Sequence record: PX104379.1
Direction: 5' to 3' (one strand)
DNA from: a phage
DNA: 64,000 nt
The number at the start of each line of letters is the position of its first letter. Position 1 is the stretch's first letter. This document shows positions 57,362 through 64,000 of the stretch, in pieces. Below the pieces are notes generated by a model. The model saw only the letters and a program-made list of their open reading frames with translations, searched no databases and was not told the origin of the DNA. The position numbers and the translations under genes were made by a program.

Positions 57362-57755
57362 TTTTACTAAATACGCAGAATATGATGGAAAAGACTATAT
57401 AAGCACCGCATACAGATTGAACTAATACCATTCCAAAGAACCAAACAATATTATCAAACAATGTCTGTTTTACGTCGAAAGGACGTAAACTTACAGTAAT
57501 ATTATCGCCTTTTTCTATTGATGAATACATCTCTGGTGAAATATATTCGCTAAATCTATAACCATCATTCAGCTCATATACAGCAATAAACGATAAACTA
57601 GACCCCTTTCCTTGTGTTCCTGTAAAGGTATTAACCACAGTAACATCATAATCTTTATAATGCATATAATCATTAATTGCGTAATAACCATATGCAATTA
57701 CTATACATAAACAACATATCAATAAATTCAATCTTTTAATTATCAACTGTTTCAT
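57348..57755 (-). CDS. membrane protein (135 aa)
   Basis: N- and C-terminal TM helices. Confidence 0.5.
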   Translation of the reverse strand: MKQLIIKRLNLLICCLCIVIAYGYYAINDYMHYKDYDVTVVNTFTGTQGKGSSLSFIAVYELNDGYRFSEYISPEMYSSIEKGDNITVSLRPFDVKQTLFDNIVWFFGMVLVQSVCGAYIVFSIIFCVFSKIEIE

Positions 57756-57810
57756 AATAATCTCAATTAAAAGGGCTTAGAACCATTATACCATCCTTGG
57801 TATAAAGCGG

Positions 57811-58338
57811 TTATGCGAGTACCGTCTTTAACCGTTCTTCAAACTTCCGAAGAGTATTCTGGCGTTCAGCTCTTTGCTTTTTGTAAGTTTCAATACGCTC
57901 TGAAATGAGAGTGTATCGTTCATTTACTGATTCTTTCATAAAATCAGGAATTTCACGAGAAGCTTTAATCTCGTCAAATTTATCAATAACAGCTTGCTCT
58001 TCAGCAATTAAGTTATCATACATCAAAATATCTTTCTTGATGAACTCAATATCTTCTTGAGTTACACGAGATAATTTAGATGCTTTATCCTTTTTGTACT
58101 GTTCGTTAGTATCACGAGACCAGTGTAATGTACGATTTTTATTCGTATTTTTGTAAATTTCTACAATACCAATCTCATCGATGATAACAATCCAATTCCA
58201 ACGAGATTTATAAATTTGTCCTCCATCAACCGTGATTTCACCTCCAATTGAGATGTCATTAAAGAACTTGCTTTGTGCTTCAGATTTAAATTTACCATCG
58301 TTGTAATTTACCAAGTTGAAAATATCTTTAGCATTCAT
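57811..58338 (-). CDS. hypothetical protein (175 aa) with C-terminal coiled coil
   Basis: ORF track; GGAGG RBS after early promoter. Confidence 0.5.
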   Translation of the reverse strand: MNAKDIFNLVNYNDGKFKSEAQSKFFNDISIGGEITVDGGQIYKSRWNWIVIIDEIGIVEIYKNTNKNRTLHWSRDTNEQYKKDKASKLSRVTQEDIEFIKKDILMYDNLIAEEQAVIDKFDEIKASREIPDFMKESVNERYTLISERIETYKKQRAERQNTLRKFEERLKTVLA

Positions 58339-58366
58339 TTTCTGTTCCTCCGTAGTTGATAGTTGT

Positions 58367-58396
58367 ATAGTACCACAGAGGAACAGTCTTGTAAAC
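58367..58396 (-). promoter_or_regulatory. T4-type early promoter
   Basis: Minus strand GTTTACAagactgttcctctgtggTACTAT. Confidence 0.6.
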
Positions 58397-58398
58397 CA

Positions 58399-58713
58399 CT
58401 AAAAGAAACTTCTTTCACAATTTTTTCCACTGAACCACGCGCTCACTGCTTTCTTAGTCTCAGGAGCAGTGTTATCCATAAACCATTCAAAGGCAGCCTT
58501 TTTATGATTCTGGAGGGCTTCTCGGGCTTTAATCTGCTCACGGTCTATTAACACTAACATATGAGCCTTTCTTGTCACCATGGGCTTCTTATGATTTTTT
58601 GAATACTCCCAGTCATTTGTCCATCGCATCGTTGTTGCGAACTGATGAACCGCGTCTTTAATTTTAGTTTCGTAAATTTCACGAGCCTTTGAGTATAACA
58701 TCATTACCTCCAT
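58399..58713 (-). CDS. hypothetical protein (104 aa)
   Basis: ORF track. Confidence 0.5.
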   Translation of the reverse strand: MEVMMLYSKAREIYETKIKDAVHQFATTMRWTNDWEYSKNHKKPMVTRKAHMLVLIDREQIKAREALQNHKKAAFEWFMDNTAPETKKAVSAWFSGKNCERSFF

Positions 58714-58802
58714 TTACCAGTTTAATTCTAGTCATCTTTTTGATGGCAGTCCATATAATCTATTTCTGAACTGCCTTTTTATCTTAGAAGGCCTCTTATG
58801 AA

Positions 58803-59771
58803 TTATTTCAGAAGAGTAACCTCAGCGATTTCTTCCCAACCGTTTTTGTCGGTCATAATAAAGTCAGCAAGATAAAGAGCAGTACGCAGTGAAACATTGC
58901 GTAAACGATTAACATTGACTTTCATCCATGATAATGCTTTATAAGTTTCTTCATCAGAAAGACCGCGCTTTTGCATCATGTCAGTTGAAAGAATAACATC
59001 TTCAACCCTGACCATAATTTCTTCATTAGTGTGAACACCCAAATCCAAATAAACTGAGCGGGACACTAATGCTTGTAAATGTGGAGCAAGTTTAGTACCA
59101 CGGTCTAATTCGCGGTCAATATCAACGTTTGTGATAAAAACAATAGTTCCTTTAAATTCAAACTCGCGCTCAATGCCTTTTTCTTCTAAGTAAGAAGATG
59201 CAGTGCTCCAGCAGACTTTACGGGTCTCTCCAGTGTCCAGAGCAGCTTTTAGAAGATTAAGAATGTCCATATCAGAGAAAACATCCACATCATCAATCAA
59301 AAGGACAGAATTCTCTTCACGATTATTCCAAAGCTGTTCATAAAGACCGATACCAGAGATTTTACCATTAATGCTTTTATACTCAATGTATCCAATATCA
59401 TTTGCTTTATTTAAAGCTTTATCTAAAGAATACGTTTTACCAATACCCGCCGCACCAGAGATAATTAATGAACGAATGTTTCCGTTAATAATACCATTCG
59501 TCATCATTCCCATAACATTAAATCTTTTATTAATGCGGGTTTTCATATCTTCATACGATTCTTTAACTTCTTCAACTTTTACACCATCATATGAAATGTC
59601 TGATTTGTAAACCCAAACACCGCGACGTTTACCGTCAATTTCAACAAAAACTTTACCATCTCCTTGTGCATCTACCGGAGCATTATCTGGGAACCATTCG
59701 CCTAAGAGCTCAAAAGTTCCAGAGATTTCTTTACCGAAGTAAATACCCTTATTGATAGTTACAGTTTTCAT
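58803..59771 (-). CDS. P-loop NTPase (322 aa)
   Basis: Walker A GAAGIGKT and Walker B LLIDDVD. Confidence 0.6.
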   Translation of the reverse strand: MKTVTINKGIYFGKEISGTFELLGEWFPDNAPVDAQGDGKVFVEIDGKRRGVWVYKSDISYDGVKVEEVKESYEDMKTRINKRFNVMGMMTNGIINGNIRSLIISGAAGIGKTYSLDKALNKANDIGYIEYKSINGKISGIGLYEQLWNNREENSVLLIDDVDVFSDMDILNLLKAALDTGETRKVCWSTASSYLEEKGIEREFEFKGTIVFITNVDIDRELDRGTKLAPHLQALVSRSVYLDLGVHTNEEIMVRVEDVILSTDMMQKRGLSDEETYKALSWMKVNVNRLRNVSLRTALYLADFIMTDKNGWEEIAEVTLLK

Positions 59772-59828
59772 TTTATTCTCCTTTGATTTGATAGGACTAC
59801 TATAACATAGTCTTATCAGTTTGTATAC

Positions 59829-60029
59829 TTATTTTGACATTTCTTCGATGTCACGACGATACCCGTCACGAACTTCACGAAGAGCTTCAAGGCCACACAT
59901 AGGCTCGATACCAGTAATGTGAACTTGATTAATCTGATACTCTACATCTTCTAACTGAGCGAAAACATAACGACGTTCAGCTGCACACCCAGATTTAGCT
60001 TTACCGAAACGTTTATTCAAAGTAGTCAT
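59829..60029 (-). CDS. hypothetical protein (66 aa)
   Basis: ORF track. Confidence 0.45.
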   Translation of the reverse strand: MTTLNKRFGKAKSGCAAERRYVFAQLEDVEYQINQVHITGIEPMCGLEALREVRDGYRRDIEEMSK

Positions 60030-60067
60030 TTTGTATCTCCAATTTACTCATTTGTTTTGATAGTTGT

Positions 60068-60097
60068 ATAGTACCATAAAGCTTTATGCTTGTAAAC
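60068..60097 (-). promoter_or_regulatory. T4-type early promoter
   Basis: Minus strand GTTTACAagcataaagctttatggTACTAT. Confidence 0.6.
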
Positions 60098-60127
60098 AGT
60101 TTTGTGAAAAATTTTTGAAATAAAAAA

Positions 60128-60146
60128 GGGAGCCCGAAGGCTCCCT
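60128..60146 (-). terminator. GC hairpin (UUCG loop) with T-run
   Basis: gggagcc-cgaa-ggctccc followed on the minus strand by TTTTTTATTT. Confidence 0.6.
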
Positions 60147-60147
60147 A

Positions 60148-61158
60148 TCATTTATAATAACTTCGGTGGTTTTCAAGATAGACCTTCTCAAGGAAGTCAT
60201 CCCAGAAACTCATGTCTACTGTTTTAGGCATACCGTTCTTAGAAGCTTCAGTAGATGCTGCTTCTACTTGATCGACCACATCTTCCAAAAACTCTTGAAC
60301 TGTTTTAAATGGATGTTTACCCAACTTCACGTCGAGAATAAATGGAGCATCTTGGAGTGGATAGACTAAGTCACCAGTTTTGTAAATTTCCAATAGTTGG
60401 AGTCCACCACGACAAGCATGACTTAGTGCTTTCCAATCAATGCCTTCATTGGCTTCGGCCTTACGAGCACGTTCACCGTATTCAGCATCTAATTTGTTCA
60501 GTGACTGCTTAAGCTCAATAAGAGAAAGCGTTGTCTGATATTTACGACCCAACACAGTGTAGAACGTTTGTGGGCCTGTTTTCTCATGATTATGGAACAC
60601 CCATTCACAGAATTCGTTTTCTGGAAGACGATGCTTAATATCTTCAACTTTAGTACGACGCTGCTTAATGGAACCGTCTTCTTGGTAATCAACCCATTGC
60701 TCAGGGATTTGATTAACTACTTTCAATACATCACGTAATGCAGCCAAACGAGAACCCTTGACGCCGTATTTAGAAGCTTGCTTGCGGACATATCCTAAAT
60801 ATGATTTCATGTTAGTCGTATAAAAACGAGAACGGTTGTCTTGAATAAACTTCCACACATCAGGCAAATCGGATTTAACCACTAGTTCAGGTGGAGTGTG
60901 AAGCATATCCAACGCTACAGTTTCACCATCTGCTGCTAATTTAAAGAAATATTTAAGACTGTATAGTTCATGGTCAATATCATCTTTAGTGTTTTTAGAT
61001 GATGTATTGTTAGTATTTTTACTCATATGCTCTTTAACATTTCCGATAAGAATATCGCGAGCAGGAGGAACAAAGATTTCTTTAAAATCTACATCAGATT
61101 CTGGGGTAGAAGTTCCATAAAGATGACTACCAAAATAGCTTTTCATTACTGTTTTCAT
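60148..61158 (-). CDS. putative Pol-beta-superfamily nucleotidyltransferase (336 aa)
   Basis: N-terminal GS...YG...SDVD motif (YFGSHLYGTSTPESDVDF). Confidence 0.5.
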   Translation of the reverse strand: MKTVMKSYFGSHLYGTSTPESDVDFKEIFVPPARDILIGNVKEHMSKNTNNTSSKNTKDDIDHELYSLKYFFKLAADGETVALDMLHTPPELVVKSDLPDVWKFIQDNRSRFYTTNMKSYLGYVRKQASKYGVKGSRLAALRDVLKVVNQIPEQWVDYQEDGSIKQRRTKVEDIKHRLPENEFCEWVFHNHEKTGPQTFYTVLGRKYQTTLSLIELKQSLNKLDAEYGERARKAEANEGIDWKALSHACRGGLQLLEIYKTGDLVYPLQDAPFILDVKLGKHPFKTVQEFLEDVVDQVEAASTEASKNGMPKTVDMSFWDDFLEKVYLENHRSYYK

Positions 61159-61613
61159 TTAACATCCTTAAATTCTATCATAGGGCAGATTTTAGATTTA
61201 CTAGCTTTAAGGTATTCAACGATTACACTCTTAGGATGTTCAATACCGTTTTCTTCGTCTTGTTGACGCTTCCACGCTCTATCATACCTGACTCCTTCCC
61301 ATAAACCTGAAATCTTAGCTACAATATATGCTATACCTACTGCAATAACGACAATCGTAGCAAATATCAGTACACCAAATACGGTTCCGCCTGCGTGTAG
61401 AAGCCAGAATCCTGTAACACCAAATTGACTTAAAATAGCTTGTCCTACCACCCAACTACCTAATAGCCCCGATGTGCAAATAACACCGATAACTAAGAAC
61501 GTCCACGCCATTTTCCAGAAATATTTACACAAAGAATTCGGACGCTGCCAGTAAAAGAAATCATGCATACGAACGTGCCAAGAGTTTTTGTTAATAATCA
61601 TAATTATAATCAT
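61155..61613 (-). CDS. multi-pass membrane protein (152 aa)
   Basis: Several hydrophobic helices. Confidence 0.5.
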   Translation of the reverse strand: MIIIMIINKNSWHVRMHDFFYWQRPNSLCKYFWKMAWTFLVIGVICTSGLLGSWVVGQAILSQFGVTGFWLLHAGGTVFGVLIFATIVVIAVGIAYIVAKISGLWEGVRYDRAWKRQQDEENGIEHPKSVIVEYLKASKSKICPMIEFKDVK

Positions 61614-62131
61614 CCTTTCATTGAAGGCGTAACGGTTGTTAAATATTTAATCATAGCTTCAGCTTCTGATTTTGATAATGAAATTTCTCCATTGTTTTGA
61701 CGAATAGAAATAAAATCCGGATGACGGTCACCACCAGCTTTTAAAACACACATATAAGTATCAACTTCGCCTTCAATATTTGAAATGATTGAAGCAGTTC
61801 CACATGAATGCGGTTTTTGATAAATCAATACAGCTTTTCTTCCACCATTTGAATGTTCATAGGCTTTTAATACATCAAACAAATCAGTTCTTTTATCAAT
61901 AGCTAAAATGTTATTTTCATCTTCAATGTTAAATCCTTCGGATACTTCATAAAGCGTTACCCATAAATCACCAATGTCAATAACAGCATTTACTTTTCCA
62001 CGGCTTTCAAGAGTATGACAAATTTTCTTGATTTCGTCATAACTCATTTTAATAATATCATCTCCTTGGCTAAGAAAGATGTCATTTTTAAATTCAACAC
62101 GAATTAAACCGCTTCCACTTGAAATAAACAT
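61610..62131 (-). CDS. hypothetical protein (173 aa), paralog of next ORF
   Basis: C-terminus SKSEAEAMIKYLTTVTPSM resembles TKDEAIALKTYLDSVIPTM of the neighbour. Confidence 0.5.
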   Translation of the reverse strand: MFISSGSGLIRVEFKNDIFLSQGDDIIKMSYDEIKKICHTLESRGKVNAVIDIGDLWVTLYEVSEGFNIEDENNILAIDKRTDLFDVLKAYEHSNGGRKAVLIYQKPHSCGTASIISNIEGEVDTYMCVLKAGGDRHPDFISIRQNNGEISLSKSEAEAMIKYLTTVTPSMKG

Positions 62132-62137
62132 ATTTCC

Positions 62138-62692
62138 TCACTTTGAAATCATAGTTGGAATAACAGAATCAAGATAAGTCTTTAGTGCAATAGCTTCGTC
62201 TTTGGTAAATGTGACAATATGTGCTCGAGAATCATCAATTTGGCGAACAAGTACGACATCGCCATCTTCATAAGAAGTCTTGACATCCAAAGTCGTAGTA
62301 TAATTTGCAGCTACTGGATTAATAATGCTAGCACCGCGATCTTTAGCCCATTGAAGTTTAGCCTTTTCGGGTGTTTCGACTGTTTCACATTCCAAGAATT
62401 CTTTCACCTTGGCAACGAATGTTGCCCAATTGTTGATAGAAAGACACATAAATTCAGTTTCAATATTACCGCCGTAAAGGCCACGATAAAAACGAACTTG
62501 GAGGTCGCCTGTAATATTAGTTACACCGGTAACTCCTGAGGGAGCATAAGATAAAATCGCAGCCAGTTCCATAGGAAGAATAGTAATACTATCATCTTCC
62601 TGCGTCAGAACGTATACATTATCACGTTTTTCGATAACCAGGTCACCGAACAAATCAGTTGTTTCAATTACAGCTTTCATATTATGTACCAA
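62138..62692 (-). CDS. hypothetical protein (184 aa)
   Basis: ORF track; paralog of 61610..62131. Confidence 0.5.
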   Translation of the reverse strand: MVHNMKAVIETTDLFGDLVIEKRDNVYVLTQEDDSITILPMELAAILSYAPSGVTGVTNITGDLQVRFYRGLYGGNIETEFMCLSINNWATFVAKVKEFLECETVETPEKAKLQWAKDRGASIINPVAANYTTTLDVKTSYEDGDVVLVRQIDDSRAHIVTFTKDEAIALKTYLDSVIPTMISK

Positions 62693-62867
62693 TTAAAGTT
62701 TCAATATAAGAATCAAGATTTACTTTAGCTTCTTCCATAAGAGTTTTGTATTTAATCTTGTTAGCATGTCCGGAGAAAGCTGATTCATCAATAACTGTTG
62801 ATGTATGAACAGCTCTACTATACGTCTCAATTAATTCTCTTAATTTAAAAGCCTGCTCACTTGTCAT
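62682..62867 (-). CDS. small helical protein (61 aa), family member
   Basis: MTSEQAFKLRELIETYSRAV... pattern shared by three neighbours. Confidence 0.45.
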   Translation of the reverse strand: MTSEQAFKLRELIETYSRAVHTSTVIDESAFSGHANKIKYKTLMEEAKVNLDSYIETLIGT

Positions 62868-63031
62868 TACATACTCCTTTGAATAATATCAATAATGTTA
62901 TTTACCAAATTATAAGTAAACATTGGGTAATTATATTGAATCATCACATATATAACAAACAAAACTTTCATTCTCTTCTCCTTGGCAGTTGACAAGATTA
63001 CTATACCATAACCTTGCCAACTTGTAAACCA

Positions 63032-63205
63032 TTAAATGACGTTTTCGATAAAATTCTGAAGCTTTGTATGAGCATCAACCATGATTTTCATTTCTTCCTT
63101 TGCGAAAGCTGTACCTCTTTCACGAGAAGAACATTCATAGTCAGAAACTGCATTAGCATATTCTTCAATTAGCTTCATTAAAAACATCTGCTTTTCAGTT
63201 TTCAT
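63032..63205 (-). CDS. small helical protein (57 aa), family member
   Basis: MKTEKQMFLMKLIEEYANAV...; start embedded in the stop region of the upstream ORF; not in the ORF track. Confidence 0.4.
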   Translation of the reverse strand: MKTEKQMFLMKLIEEYANAVSDYECSSRERGTAFAKEEMKIMVDAHTKLQNFIENVI

Positions 63206-63389
63206 TATTCCACCTAATCATTTCAAGATATTGAACTAACTTAGCTTTGGATTTATCCAAATCCTTTTTAGCTGCTTCTATACCGTCGTATGAATATCCT
63301 TCACAATGCTCAACTGCCAATTGATATGAATCTATTTCAATATCACGTGCTAATTTAATGATTTTTTCAAACTGTTCACGTGTTAGCAT
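63195..63389 (-). CDS. small helical protein (64 aa), family member
   Basis: MLTREQFEKIIKLARDIEID... Confidence 0.45.
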   Translation of the reverse strand: MLTREQFEKIIKLARDIEIDSYQLAVEHCEGYSYDGIEAAKKDLDKSKAKLVQYLEMIRWNNEN

Positions 63390-63391
63390 AA

Positions 63392-63631
63392 TTAAACTCT
63401 CGTATTATGATCGATAATTTCATCAAGAAACATATCTAACGCTTCTACAGCATTGTTAACTTTATCTTCAAATTCTTCAATACTTTTATTTGCAATGCCT
63501 GACGAAAACCAAGCAAAGTCACTAAGTTCCTCATCTGCTTTACGAATTAAAGCTACCAATTCCTTAATTTTATCAGCTTGTTCGATACTAATCATTATTC
63601 CACCACATATGAAAGAGAGAATATTGCACAC
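63392..63631 (-). CDS. small helical protein (79 aa), family member
   Basis: ...[20 protein letters not shown]... Confidence 0.45.
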
Positions 63632-63828
63632 GCCATGTGAGTTGCAACTTCATCACACATATTATAACGTTTCTTAAGAAGTTCTACAAGTTCTTCACTA
63701 GTAACTTCATCCATGTCGACGAAAAAATCACCATTAATGATGACGTAGATATTTCCTTCTTGATTGAGTGCTTCAATTTTCATGATGTTCTCCTCTTTAT
63801 CCGATAGTTGTATAGTATCACAGCTCAA
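63595..63828 (-). CDS. hypothetical protein (77 aa)
   Basis: ORF track; downstream of an early promoter. Confidence 0.45.
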
Positions 63829-63841
63829 ACGGAAAGTAAAC
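63812..63841 (-). promoter_or_regulatory. T4-type early promoter
   Basis: Minus strand GTTTACTttccgtttgagctgtgaTACTAT. Confidence 0.55.
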
Positions 63842-63857
63842 CGGTAAAATGAAAAAA

Positions 63858-63873
63858 GTCTCCCGAAGGAGAC
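63858..63873 (-). terminator. GC hairpin (UUCG loop)
   Basis: gtctcc-cgaa-ggagac. Confidence 0.5.
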
Positions 63874-64000
63874 TAATGTTATTCGAGGGAAAGAAGATAC
63901 TTACTCTGGTAAAACATTCCAGTAATATCATCTATCGTGCTTTGGATGGCTGGAGGCATTTCTTTATAAATGCTGTTAGATTGGTCTAGTATGCGATCAA

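Noticed and set aside
1-64000. tRNA, rRNA, CRISPR array, integrase or transposase
   Set aside because: No cloverleaf-like or repeat-spacer structure and no recombinase-like ORF seen; the T4 tRNA cluster lies outside this region

Overview
This window reads as a contiguous slice of a T4-like (T-even, Tevenvirinae) phage genome covering the early and middle gene region; all calls rest on reading the six-frame translations and motifs by eye, with no database search run. Nearly every gene is on the minus strand. Reading right to left the order is T4-like: motA(partial), 52, 52.1/ac/stp, ndd, denB, rIIB, rIIA, an uninterrupted 39 (39+60 fused), MotB-like paralogs, dexA, dda, srd-like, modA, modB, mrh-like, soc, 56, HNH endonuclease, 61, sp, dmd, 41, 40, uvsX, a glycosyltransferase at the beta-gt position, 42, imm, 43, regA, 62, 44, 45, rpbA, 46, a second HNH endonuclease, 47, alpha-gt, 55, nrdH/nrdG/nrdD (no intron), 49, nrdC and a long run of nrdC-region ORFs. 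Intergenic regions carry a repeated early-promoter cassette (GTTTACA, 17 bp, TAnnAT), MotA-box middle promoters, one late promoter (soc) and many GC-rich hairpins with UUCG loops. No tRNA, rRNA, CRISPR or intron was seen. I found no single clearly novel system; the best candidates for a second look are the two free-standing HNH endonuclease insertions (one at the 56/61 junction beside a convergent plus-strand membrane ORF), a plus-strand MotA-box promoter antisense to modA, the non-T4 glycosyltransferase, several tandem paralog arrays, a Cys/Ser-rich-tailed protein and a 24-bp perfect palindrome.
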